DNA from: Minisyncoccota bacterium
GTDB taxonomy: Bacteria > Patescibacteriota > Minisyncoccia > Phycocordibacterales > UBA9973
Assembly (NCBI GenBank): GCA_041907605.1
Contig: JAYRGZ010000014.1
Span: forward strand, 5,116 to 69,115
Reading direction: 5' to 3'
DNA length: 64,000 nucleotides
Shown here: positions 49,584 through 58,683 of the stretch, one piece after another
How positions within the stretch are numbered: position 1 is the stretch's first letter
Layout: the number at the start of each line of letters is the position of its first letter
Translations under genes and position numbers: made by a program
The notes under the pieces: generated by a model
The model's input: the letters and a program-made list of their open reading frames with translations, nothing else
Told to the model about the DNA's origin: nothing
Database searches by the model: none

Positions 49584-51038
49584 TTACTTAAGTAATTCTA
49601 TAGCGTATTTAATTCTCGAAATTGACTCATCTTTACCAAAAAATTCAATTAGAGAAAATGGATCTGGTGATTTATCCTTTCCAGATAACGCGTATCGTAG
49701 TGGCCAAAGTACATAACCACGTTGTGGTGTGCTATCGGCATATTCCATACATTTATTTTTTATATTATCTAGGTTGAATTCCTCTTCTGAAATCGTATTT
49801 AGAATCTCAAGAATTTTATTCATATGAGTATTTAGTATTGCACTATCAAAATCTCCTTTCCATCCAAGCCTGCTTACCTCATAAATTGGTTGTTCAAAAA
49901 AATATGAAAGCTCTCCTTGATTATCCATTTCTAAAATGTCGGCGCCTTTTGAAATTCGATCAAATATAAAGGTAGTTAATTTTGCAAAAAAATCATTCGT
50001 CGTTACGCTACTTTTTAGATACTTCTCTGGTAAAAATTTCTTTAGATATAAAACTTTCTCCTCAATTGTGAGTGCCTTTAGATATTCGCGGTTATACCAA
50101 TCAAGCTTATCAATATTGTATCCCCCACCTGAATGTTGAACACCAGATAGGTCAAAAGCACTTATGAATTCATCTTTTGAGAAAATTTCTTTTTCACTAC
50201 CAGGATTCCATCCAATAAATGCTAGGAAATTCATCATTGCTTCAGGTAAATATCCTTCATCGCGATACTCCAAAATATCTTTTGCACCATCACGTTTGCC
50301 TAGTTTTTTCTTTCCGTCTGATGCCATAAGAGGTGGTAATGTAGCAAATTCTGGACGCTTAATACCCAATGCATCATAAAGTGAGAGAAATTTAGGAGTT
50401 GACGATATAAATTCATCTGCACGAAGAATATGAGTCACACCCATTTCTAAATCATCGATAATATGTGCAAAATTATATGTAGGGTAACCATCGCTTTTAA
50501 TCAGGATAAAATCATCCAAAGCCTCTTCTCCAGCATGGAGTTCACCTCTAACCAAATCAATCCATGAGTATTTTTTTATCTCAGGAACTTTAAAACGAAG
50601 TGGTGCACTACCATCCCATACTGGTGGATTTTGTGGTCTATAGTCTCTAAATAAAAAAGGTTTGCCTAGTTCTTTGGATTTTTCTCTAAAAGATTCTACT
50701 TCTTCTTCTGTATAGGGATCAGTATACGCATAACCCTTATCGATTAGGATTTTTGCATATTTTCTATATGATTCAAGTCTTTTTGATTGTAAATATGGCT
50801 CGTGAGGACCACCAATATCAACCCCCTCGTCCCACGTAATACCTAACCATTTCAACGATTCAATTATGTGCTCAATAGAACCTTCCACTTCCCTATTTTT
50901 GTCTGTATCTTCAATTCTAAGAATAAATACGCCATTATTTTTTCTAGCGTAGGCCCAAGCATAAAGAGCAGTTCTTACACCGCCTATATGCATATACCCT
51001 GTTGGTGATGGAGCAAATCTTGTTACTACTTTCGACAT
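49584..51038 (-). CDS. gltX: Glutamyl-tRNA synthetase.
   Basis: Start trimmed to MSKVVTRFAPSPTGYMHIGGVRTALY (HIGH-class motif); KMSKS-like ..KLGKRDGA... Confidence 0.92.
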   Translation of the reverse strand: MSKVVTRFAPSPTGYMHIGGVRTALYAWAYARKNNGVFILRIEDTDKNREVEGSIEHIIESLKWLGITWDEGVDIGGPHEPYLQSKRLESYRKYAKILIDKGYAYTDPYTEEEVESFREKSKELGKPFLFRDYRPQNPPVWDGSAPLRFKVPEIKKYSWIDLVRGELHAGEEALDDFILIKSDGYPTYNFAHIIDDLEMGVTHILRADEFISSTPKFLSLYDALGIKRPEFATLPPLMASDGKKKLGKRDGAKDILEYRDEGYLPEAMMNFLAFIGWNPGSEKEIFSKDEFISAFDLSGVQHSGGGYNIDKLDWYNREYLKALTIEEKVLYLKKFLPEKYLKSSVTTNDFFAKLTTFIFDRISKGADILEMDNQGELSYFFEQPIYEVSRLGWKGDFDSAILNTHMNKILEILNTISEEEFNLDNIKNKCMEYADSTPQRGYVLWPLRYALSGKDKSPDPFSLIEFFGKDESISRIKYAIELLK

Positions 51039-51039
51039 A

Positions 51040-52167
51040 TTATTTCTCGTGTTTAAGTGCAATAGCTACTAATTCTTTAGCAATTTGTTCTGCAGCACCC
51101 GGATGCGCAAAAGCTAAAGCACTTTTACTCATTGCCTCCCATTTTTCCTTATCACTAATAATACGGTCGATCTCTGCAACAAGAATTGATGGTGTAAGAT
51201 TATTTTCCTCAATTACTGAGCAAGCGCCACTTCTAGCATAATTAAATGCATTATGTTTTTGATCATGACTGACAGCCTCGGGTATTGGTACAACAATAGA
51301 AGGAACCCCCCAACTAGCAATCTCAAAGAGGGATGAGCCGGCTCGAGTGATTATAAGAGAAGCGGCTCCCGCAGACATTTTGACTGCAAGAGTATTTAAA
51401 TATCCAAAAAGTTTATACCTATCTTTGTATTCGTTTTTTTCCAATGCCACAATAATACGATTTTCTATTTCGGTTAAATTTTTTGGACCAACTTGATGAA
51501 TTATTTGATATCTAGTTAGAAGGTCTGGTAGCGCGTCAATAATGACATCATTTATTGCTACTGCACCTGTAGATCCACCCCAAACGAAAATCACAGGTAT
51601 AGTAGGATCAAGTTTCAAGTATTCAAAAGTACCATCTTTCGCACGTTCTACTATATTTGAGCGTATTGGTTGACCTGTTAGAGCAGTCCTTTCTTTTGGG
51701 AAATATTCAACTGCTTCGCTGTAAGATATTGCAATCTTCTTTGCAAATTTAGAAGCCCAAAGATTAACTTTCCCTGGTACAGAATCAGATTCATGAATAA
51801 TAACCGGAATACCTAGAACTCGTGCTGCAAAAAGTGCTGGGAAGCTCGCGTATCCTCCCTTACCAAATACAACATCAGGATAGATCAGAAATACTTTATA
51901 TAGCGCAGAAAGGCATCCGAATGCAATTTTAAAAATATCAGTAATGTTCTTTGTCGAACTGTATAGTCTTTGTTTACCAGAAGTTACTTCAACATATGTA
52001 ATACCATTTTCGAACAATAGTCCCTTATCATATGGAGAATCCGACATATAATAAAGTTTCGCATCAAGTACTTTTTCCTTGTCGATTATTTCGTTAACTT
52101 TTTCGGCTACAGCTATAATTGGATAAAAATGGCCTCCTGTTCCGCCTCCTGTAAATAATATTTTCAT
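51040..52167 (-). CDS. murG: Undecaprenyldiphospho-muramoylpentapeptide beta-N-acetylglucosaminyltransferase MurG.
   Basis: MKILFTGGGTGGHFYPIIAV.. and ..GGSTGA.. in the C-terminal domain. Confidence 0.92.
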   Translation of the reverse strand: MKILFTGGGTGGHFYPIIAVAEKVNEIIDKEKVLDAKLYYMSDSPYDKGLLFENGITYVEVTSGKQRLYSSTKNITDIFKIAFGCLSALYKVFLIYPDVVFGKGGYASFPALFAARVLGIPVIIHESDSVPGKVNLWASKFAKKIAISYSEAVEYFPKERTALTGQPIRSNIVERAKDGTFEYLKLDPTIPVIFVWGGSTGAVAINDVIIDALPDLLTRYQIIHQVGPKNLTEIENRIIVALEKNEYKDRYKLFGYLNTLAVKMSAGAASLIITRAGSSLFEIASWGVPSIVVPIPEAVSHDQKHNAFNYARSGACSVIEENNLTPSILVAEIDRIISDKEKWEAMSKSALAFAHPGAAEQIAKELVAIALKHEK

Positions 52168-53270
52168 GAGAATTTTTGATATTTAGAAACGTTTAACACA
52201 ATACCAACCGCAGCTAAGGAAAATAGGAGCGAGGTTCCACCCTGACTTACAAAAACTAGCGGTACACCAGTAAGTGGAAAAAGTCCTATAATTGAAGCAA
52301 TATTAAGAAACGATTGGAATGTAATCAGTATAACAATACCTGTAACCAAAAGTCTACCGAATTGATCCTTTGCATAATAAGCGATTCTAAGTCCTCTTAG
52401 TGCAAAAGCTAAATATAAAATTATTATTATTGTACTTCCCAGAAAACCGAATTCTTCACCAACTACTGCAAAGATTGAATCTCCTTGGGGCTCAGGTAAG
52501 TAATCAAATTTCTGAATACTCTGCCCTAGACCTCTTCCAACAAATCCTCCCGATCCAACAGCAATAAGAGATTGTTTTAGTTGATACGATGAACCGCGGG
52601 GATCATTATCAGGATTTAGAAATGTCTTCACTCTGTCTTTAAGATATGGGGTTGTAGAAAGAAGTAATCCAAGAGCGATTGAAACTACAACAAAAAGACC
52701 GAGTATATACTTCCACGGAATTCCTGAAACAAAAAGCATAATCGCTCCGGAAATCGCCATGAGCAGAAAACTTTTTGTGTCAGGTTGGGTAAAAAGTAAA
52801 GCTGCAGAAATACCAAGCATCGCAATAAGTGGTAAAACACTGAATCTAATATCCTTAACTTTATTTTTTATCCAAGAAAGCCATCCTGCGAGATAAATAA
52901 CGAAACCAATTTTTAGTAATTCAGCTGGTTGAAATGTAACGAATTTTAGATCAACCCACCTTTTGGCACCACCATGGGTAAATCCAAGCCCTGGGATAAA
53001 TACTAAAAACATTAAAAGTATTGTAAAGAAAAAAATATAGAAAGCATTCTTGCGCCAAAACGAATAGTTAATTTTTGTTGTGACAACAAGTGCAATAGTT
53101 CCACCGATAAGGCCTAGGGCAAGTTGACTGATTAACACATTATAAAATTTTGTCTCACTTCGAGCTAAAACTCCCAAGGATGCTGAAATAAAAACAATAA
53201 CACCAATTATTAAAATAACTACAACAATCCCAAGAAAAAATGTATCGATTTTTTTTTCTTTCGTTGCCAT
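52164..53270 (-). CDS. ftsW: SEDS-family peptidoglycan glycosyltransferase FtsW/RodA.
   Basis: Start trimmed to MATKEKK. 10-TM SEDS protein with ..PAELLKIGFVIYLAGWL.. and ..QSLIAVGSGGFVGRGLG.. Confidence 0.85.
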   Translation of the reverse strand: MATKEKKIDTFFLGIVVVILIIGVIVFISASLGVLARSETKFYNVLISQLALGLIGGTIALVVTTKINYSFWRKNAFYIFFFTILLMFLVFIPGLGFTHGGAKRWVDLKFVTFQPAELLKIGFVIYLAGWLSWIKNKVKDIRFSVLPLIAMLGISAALLFTQPDTKSFLLMAISGAIMLFVSGIPWKYILGLFVVVSIALGLLLSTTPYLKDRVKTFLNPDNDPRGSSYQLKQSLIAVGSGGFVGRGLGQSIQKFDYLPEPQGDSIFAVVGEEFGFLGSTIIIILYLAFALRGLRIAYYAKDQFGRLLVTGIVILITFQSFLNIASIIGLFPLTGVPLVFVSQGGTSLLFSLAAVGIVLNVSKYQKFS

Positions 53271-53272
53271 AT

Positions 53273-54307
53273 TTATCCTACAAATGTAAGAATTAATCCA
53301 AATAATGCAAAGATAAGTGAGATAATCCAATAACGCATTACTACCTTATATGGAGGCCAACCCATAGCTTGAAAATGATTGTGTAGTGGCGCTACTAAAA
53401 ATATTTTTTTACCATTTCTAAATTTCTTCGATAGAATCTGCAAAATACTTGAGAGAGCTGTGACGATAAGTGGTAAGGCAATAATTGGTAGGACTATTAC
53501 AGCTCTAGTTAAGAATGCTACAACAACAAGTGTAGTGGTAAGAGCCATAGTACCAGTCTCACTTAGAAAAAATCTGGCAGGTGGAATATTAAACCACAAA
53601 AAAGCTAGAAGACCTCCAGAGATAGTCATACAAAATGCAGATAAGTCATACTGACCATGCATAAAGGCAATAACTGCATAAGTGGTATAAATAATAGAAA
53701 ATATTCCTCCAGCTAATCCATCTATGCCATCTATGATTCCCCCAGCGTAAATTGAAAGCATGGCAAATATAAAAATTGGAATAAATAATATACCAAGTTG
53801 TAATTCTCCCAAAAATGGGACAATTATGCTGGTTACTTCTAATTTTGTATAAAACCATAGAGCACCTATCAATCCCACAATAAGTACAAGCAGAATTCTT
53901 TTTTTAAGTGATAGCCCACCACCAACGTGAGTTCCGGTATCTCTGCAAACCTGATAGTCGTCAATTAGTCCGATCAAAGCCATAACAATGAGTGTAAAAA
54001 ATGGTAACCAAGTCTGACTTCTACTTATAAAAGATAAATCCAGAGCATTTATTAACTGCAAAATTACAGCAACAACAAATACACTTCCCCACACGATAAT
54101 TCCACCCATGCGTGGAACTTTTCGATTTTCATCATCGTGTAATTTTTGAGATATAGATGCAACACTACCATCTAATGATTTTGATACACTATTTTTTTTC
54201 CAAAATTTATTTTTGTACAGAAAATTGGTTAAAATTGGCGCTCCTAAAATACCTAAAGTAAAAGCAAAAATACCCGGAACCATAATTTTTACAAGATTAG
54301 ATAGCAT
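53273..54307 (-). CDS. mraY: Phospho-N-acetylmuramoyl-pentapeptide transferase MraY.
   Basis: ..GLIDDYQ.., ..NIPPARFFLSETGTMAL.., ..VAPLHNHFQAMGW.. with conserved DD and HHH motifs. Confidence 0.92.
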   Translation of the reverse strand: MLSNLVKIMVPGIFAFTLGILGAPILTNFLYKNKFWKKNSVSKSLDGSVASISQKLHDDENRKVPRMGGIIVWGSVFVVAVILQLINALDLSFISRSQTWLPFFTLIVMALIGLIDDYQVCRDTGTHVGGGLSLKKRILLVLIVGLIGALWFYTKLEVTSIIVPFLGELQLGILFIPIFIFAMLSIYAGGIIDGIDGLAGGIFSIIYTTYAVIAFMHGQYDLSAFCMTISGGLLAFLWFNIPPARFFLSETGTMALTTTLVVVAFLTRAVIVLPIIALPLIVTALSSILQILSKKFRNGKKIFLVAPLHNHFQAMGWPPYKVVMRYWIISLIFALFGLILTFVG

Positions 54308-55610
54308 ATGATTTTGTCTCTAAAATCTCACGAATAACATTGCGATCATCCCACGGTATCATTTTGCCTCCGATTATCATTGATTGCTCTGAGCCCTTAC
54401 CTGTTACAAGAACTATATCACCTACTTTAGCAATTTTAATCGCTTTCTCTATTGCTTTTTTTCTATCTTCTATTGTAAAAAGATTTTCTCCACGTATTTT
54501 GCCTTCTATCTCTGCAAATTTCGCTACACCCTCGATAATTTCTGCAGGATCATCCTCATACGGATCCACATTTGTTACAATTACATAATCAGCTTTGAGA
54601 CCCGCAGCACGCCCCATATGTTCTCGCTTGGCTTTATCTCTCCCGCCTCCTTCTGCACCCAAAATCACTATAATTTTCTGGGTTGGTGTTTTAATAGATT
54701 TTGCAGTATCTAATAATCCATTCATACTTACCTTCTCGTGTGCATAATCTACAATAATTGTAGCTGGATCATTTAATCTCATAATTTCCATCCTGCCTGG
54801 TATAACAGTGAGAGAACTGATACCTGTCTGAATTTTTTCATTTCTAATTTCTAAATAATTTGCAAGCGCAATTGCTGGTAAAACATTGTAGACGTTAAAT
54901 GTTCCTAGTATTGGTATGTGATATCTATTGTTTAATACTGTGACATCTACACCACGGATATCTTGATAAATATTTTGGGCTTGTACTTCCCCGTTTGAAA
55001 TTCCATAAGTAATTTTTTTATCTGCATCAAAATTATAATAATACTGATAGTGTTCGCTGTCTGCATTAGCTATTATAACTTTCTTGATTTCTTTTCCATT
55101 TATTGTCTTTTTGGGATATTTTGATAATGATGCGAAGAGCTTCCCTTTCATTTCTTTATATTTTTCAAAACTCCCACCATGGGATGGTAAATGCTCAGGT
55201 GTAAGATTGGTAAATATTGCCACATCAAAATATAGTCCGACATCACGATTTAATTTCAAACCCTCTGATGTTACTTCCATAACCACATGAGTGCACCCAT
55301 TTGCAATCATTTTGCGTAATAGTTTCTGTATTACCCATGGCTTCGGCATTGTCATGTGATATTCATTCATAAATTCTTCTTCACCAATTCGAATATTGGC
55401 AGTACCAATAAGACCAGTTTTCATACCTGCGCCTTGTAGTATTGACCATAAAAAATTAGCTGTGGTGGTTTTACCTTTTGTACCCGTGATACCAATTAAA
55501 ACAATTTCCTTACTAGGAAAGTTATAAAAAAGGCAGGCTAAATATGCTACTACGGAGTGATACTTCAACAATATTTTATATGGTAATAATGACTTTAGTA
55601 TTTTCTTCAT
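54297..55610 (-). CDS. murE: Mur ligase family protein, MurE-like (UDP-MurNAc-L-Ala-D-Glu:diamino acid ligase).
   Basis: P-loop GITGTKGKTTT and ..TIIVDYAHEKVSMNGLL.. (DYAH is typical of MurC/D/E rather than MurF's DDSYNANP). C-terminal ..VTGKGSEQSMII... Confidence 0.75.
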   Translation of the reverse strand: MKKILKSLLPYKILLKYHSVVAYLACLFYNFPSKEIVLIGITGTKGKTTTANFLWSILQGAGMKTGLIGTANIRIGEEEFMNEYHMTMPKPWVIQKLLRKMIANGCTHVVMEVTSEGLKLNRDVGLYFDVAIFTNLTPEHLPSHGGSFEKYKEMKGKLFASLSKYPKKTINGKEIKKVIIANADSEHYQYYYNFDADKKITYGISNGEVQAQNIYQDIRGVDVTVLNNRYHIPILGTFNVYNVLPAIALANYLEIRNEKIQTGISSLTVIPGRMEIMRLNDPATIIVDYAHEKVSMNGLLDTAKSIKTPTQKIIVILGAEGGGRDKAKREHMGRAAGLKADYVIVTNVDPYEDDPAEIIEGVAKFAEIEGKIRGENLFTIEDRKKAIEKAIKIAKVGDIVLVTGKGSEQSMIIGGKMIPWDDRNVIREILETKSYAI

Positions 55611-55614
55611 AGAT

Positions 55615-56520
55615 CTACTCCAAATATTTATTGGTACTATCTACTATCGTAAGCATATCATTAAATCGGTCGTTTTTTGTTGATCCCAACACACATGCGG
55701 AAACCATATCGCCATTAGTAGCTTTAAATAGTGTCACAAGTGCTCCACCGGCACTTTCTGTAAATCCAGTTTTAGAAGCTAAAATGCCAGGAATCTCATC
55801 GACAACTACGTTTGTATTTTTTACATCCTTTCTATTGCCATCCATTGAATACAAAATTGTTTGTAATTTTGTTGTATCGTCAAACGACCAAGGGTAAAGT
55901 GAATATGTATCAAATAACATTCTAGTGACATCAGCACATGTAGAAAACGAGGTAGGTGTACCGTCCCTAGCATCTAGTCCTGAGGGACTATAGAAATGAG
56001 TGTTTGTATAACCAAGCCTTTTTGCCTTGGCATTCATTTCACCTACTAAATCTAGACCTGCGCTTTTTGAATAATCATATAACGCCTGAGCGATGTCATT
56101 TGAAGAAGCAGAAAGCATAAATTTTATGATATCTTCTACTTTCCATTTTTCACTAGCATATAATCCCTCATCACCATACTGCTTTAGAGAATCTTCGTTT
56201 ATAACAATAGAATCTACATTTTTAAAATTATCCAAGAAAGTCCTAGCTGTCATAATTTTCGTAAGTGATGCTATCGGTAATACCTTGTCCTCGTTTTTTT
56301 TGAAAATTACTTCATTCTTTGAAAAATCATATATGTATGTAGAATCTGCAACTAATTTTATTTCATTAAAATATGTATTGTATCTTTCTGCTTTTATCTC
56401 TTGAGCCTTCTGGGTTATTTGTATTTCTTTAGCGAAATTTTTCAAAAAGAGTGCGCTGAGCACTCCAAGTAAAACAAAAACATATATGAGAGCAAACTCT
56501 TGTTTAGTCAGTTTGTTCAT
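55615..56520 (-). CDS. Serine-type D-Ala-D-Ala carboxypeptidase (S11/PBP5-like).
   Basis: Signal/TM at the N-terminus; SxxK (ASLTKIMT), SxN-like (SASSND) and KTG (SKTGFTESAGG) motifs. Confidence 0.75.
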   Translation of the reverse strand: MNKLTKQEFALIYVFVLLGVLSALFLKNFAKEIQITQKAQEIKAERYNTYFNEIKLVADSTYIYDFSKNEVIFKKNEDKVLPIASLTKIMTARTFLDNFKNVDSIVINEDSLKQYGDEGLYASEKWKVEDIIKFMLSASSNDIAQALYDYSKSAGLDLVGEMNAKAKRLGYTNTHFYSPSGLDARDGTPTSFSTCADVTRMLFDTYSLYPWSFDDTTKLQTILYSMDGNRKDVKNTNVVVDEIPGILASKTGFTESAGGALVTLFKATNGDMVSACVLGSTKNDRFNDMLTIVDSTNKYLE

Positions 56521-57064
56521 TATTATTCAATACTTCGGAGGCACCCGAAAGTTCACTTTCTAGCATTTGTTTGTAATTTGAAAATTCTGGCATCTCCCCA
56601 ACACCTGTAACACCAAGATATCGCAATGCATCTAGGGTTACTTTGTAAACAAATCTTCTACTGTCATTGGGATCAATTTCTCTATCAATAAGACCTCTAA
56701 TAGATAGATTGCGCAAAATAAAACTTGAATTTACCCCACGTATATAATCTATATCACTTCTTGTTGCTCCGTCCTTATATAAAATAATAGCCAATGTCTC
56801 AAGTGATGCCTTTGTTAATTCTTTATTTAATTCCTCTTTTTTTATATCTTCTATTATTTGGGATAATTCCTTGGCTGTTCCAAGTGTTAAGGTATTATTT
56901 TCTTCAAGCAATACAATACCTCTACCATTTAAATTTTCTCGTAGTTTCGCCAATGCTTCTTTAATTTCATTCTCGGACACTTTCAAATAATGTGAAATTT
57001 TCTTTATTTCAAGCGGCTCCCCCAATACGAACAATAGACCTTCAATTTTTGATTCTAGCTCCAT
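56504..57064 (-). CDS. scpB: Segregation and condensation protein B.
   Basis: Start trimmed to MELESK. ..EGLLFVLGEPLEIKKISHYL.. and the second wHTH ..LETLAIILYKDGATRSDIDYIRGVNSSFILRNL... Confidence 0.85.
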   Translation of the reverse strand: MELESKIEGLLFVLGEPLEIKKISHYLKVSENEIKEALAKLRENLNGRGIVLLEENNTLTLGTAKELSQIIEDIKKEELNKELTKASLETLAIILYKDGATRSDIDYIRGVNSSFILRNLSIRGLIDREIDPNDSRRFVYKVTLDALRYLGVTGVGEMPEFSNYKQMLESELSGASEVLNNNEQTD

Positions 57065-57065
57065 A

Positions 57066-57821
57066 TTAAATCTCACTCTTATCTAATTTTGTAATTGTCA
57101 TATCGGAAAATACTTCACCTTGTAACACATCTACAATTCCACTTCGGACTAGTTCTAGCATAGCAAGAAACGAAACTATTGTATAAACCTTTTGTGCTTT
57201 TTCATCCTCTGGATTTGGATGTTTAGAAAAATCAGAAAAAGATATTTGCATTGCCTTCTGGATTCGATCACTTAGACTGTTTATCATCTCCTCAATATTT
57301 ATTACCTTGCGTACAGAAACTTCTTGCAAAATTTCCTTCTTCGGAATGCGACTAATTACACCCTCTATCGCGTTTTTCAAATTAATTTGAGAAATAGATG
57401 GATGAGGTGTGAACACAACTACCTCTATATTTTCGGGCTCTCTAAAATATATAATCTCCTTACCGAATTTTGCTCTAATATATTCTCCTGCATCACGCAT
57501 AGCAGCATAGAGTTTCAAACGTGATTCCAGATTTGTAATTTTCTCTTCTTCTTCATTTGTAAGTGCCAAATTTGGTAGCAGTGAACGAGATTTGATAAGA
57601 ATAAGTGTCGCAGCAACAAGTACAAAACTCGTAGTATCTACGAGATTTACCTTGGGTAGTGATCGAACATACTCTATGTAGTCTGCTGTTACTTCAGCGA
57701 GAGATACTTCGTTTACGAAAAGCTTTCTTTTCTCTATCAAATCAAGTAGGACCTCAAGCGGTCCCTCAAAATTCCCTGATTTAACCGTATATGTTGATTC
57801 TATAGTAATTTCCTTATCCAC
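57066..57821 (-). CDS. scpA: Segregation and condensation protein A.
   Basis: ..FEGPLEVLLDLIEKRKLFVNEVSLAEVTADYIEY.. and C-terminal ..VSFLAMLELVRSGIV... Confidence 0.85.
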   Translation of the reverse strand: MDKEITIESTYTVKSGNFEGPLEVLLDLIEKRKLFVNEVSLAEVTADYIEYVRSLPKVNLVDTTSFVLVAATLILIKSRSLLPNLALTNEEEEKITNLESRLKLYAAMRDAGEYIRAKFGKEIIYFREPENIEVVVFTPHPSISQINLKNAIEGVISRIPKKEILQEVSVRKVINIEEMINSLSDRIQKAMQISFSDFSKHPNPEDEKAQKVYTIVSFLAMLELVRSGIVDVLQGEVFSDMTITKLDKSEI

Positions 57822-57935
57822 TAGGCTATTCTAGCCTTTTTTAGTAATTTTTTCTAGGGAATATCCTAGTATATTCAACAAACAAGCATCTATATAAAAT
57901 TAACATCCTGTATTTCTATCACAAGTTATCCACAC

Positions 57936-57981
57936 CACTTTAGTTGACTAAAGTACTTTAGTTAGATAAAGTAGACTAGTT
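57936..57981 (+). promoter_or_regulatory. Operator-like inverted and direct repeats directly upstream of the TrpR/YerC-like gene.
   Basis: CTTTAGttgaCTAAAG inverted repeat, an ACTTTAGTT direct repeat, ACTTTA-N7-TAAAGT, and ACTAGTT abutting the ATG. GTACT/ACTAGT half-sites resemble the classical trp operator core. Confidence 0.4.
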
Positions 57982-58314
57982 ATGAAATTTGAATGGGATA
58001 CAAAAGAAAATAAACAACTTCTTGATGCAATTCTTGCACTAGAGAATACTGACGAAGCTAAACGCTTTTTAAGAGATCTTATGACTGAGGGAGAAATTAC
58101 TGAATTTAGTAAGCGTCTTGAAGCTGCCAGAATGCTTTCTCGTGATATCCAATACAACACAATAATTGAAAAGACAGGTTTATCCTCTACCACAATTGCT
58201 CGTATTTCTAAGTGGCTCAAGGGTTCCCTTGGGGGCTATAGTCTAATACTAAATCGTATTTCAAGTCATCATCCTTCTTCCCAAATGAGGAAAGGATTGA
58301 TTTCATCTATCTAG
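57982..58314 (+). CDS. TrpR-like/YerC-YecD family DNA-binding protein.
   Basis: ..EAKRFLRDLMTEGEITEFSKRLEAARMLSRDIQYNTIIEKTGLSSTTIARISKWLK..: Trp-repressor-like helix-turn-helix pattern. Confidence 0.7.
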   Translation: MKFEWDTKENKQLLDAILALENTDEAKRFLRDLMTEGEITEFSKRLEAARMLSRDIQYNTIIEKTGLSSTTIARISKWLKGSLGGYSLILNRISSHHPSSQMRKGLISSI

Positions 58315-58330
58315 AAGATACAAGAAACTA

Positions 58331-58359
58331 GCCCCTTCCCCATTTGGTGAAGGGGTTTT
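58331..58359 (+). terminator. Rho-independent terminator after the TrpR-like gene.
   Basis: GCCCCTTCcccatttggtGAAGGGGTTTTA. Confidence 0.8.
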
Positions 58360-58627
58360 ACTTACTTACCACAAAATAGTAAGTGTAATCTTTAAAAATT
58401 AAATAGAGTGGAAAACCTTGAAAAACTAGTAAAAGAACTAATTGAACAAATTTCAAAATTGACCATAGCTGTGGAAAAATTATCATCTACTCAATTTGTA
58501 ATTCAAGAGAAAAAAAGTTCTTCCCGAGCTGATTGGTAACCCAAACAAAATTGTTTATGAAAAAACAGACAAGAAAATGGTTAAACCACTTCTCATTAGG
58601 AGGAGCTGGACCTCACATCAATTAAAA

Positions 58628-58665
58628 TCATGGGGGATAAATTTGTAATCCCCCATTTTTCTTTC
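58628..58665 (+). promoter_or_regulatory. Perfect 9-bp-arm hairpin plus T-run (ATGGGGGAT-N9-ATCCCCCAT-TTTTCTTT) ending ~20 nt upstream of the MLKQ start of the downstream gene; attenuator or RBS-occluding candidate.
   Basis: Seen directly in the sequence. A 22-codon upstream ORF (MKKQTRKWLNHFSLGGAGPHI..) ends at or inside the hairpin. Coordinates are +/-2 nt. Confidence 0.5.
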
Positions 58666-58683
58666 ACCTTCAAAAAAATACTT

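Noticed and set aside
58360-58683. T-box riboswitch or tryptophan attenuator in the leader of the orphan gene. The context prompted this: the TrpR-like gene, trpS and aspS are nearby.
   Set aside because: No T-box consensus (AGGGUGGNACCGCG) or specifier-loop architecture was found. The micro-ORF has only one Trp codon and no tandem regulatory codons. It is kept only as a generic attenuator/hairpin candidate.
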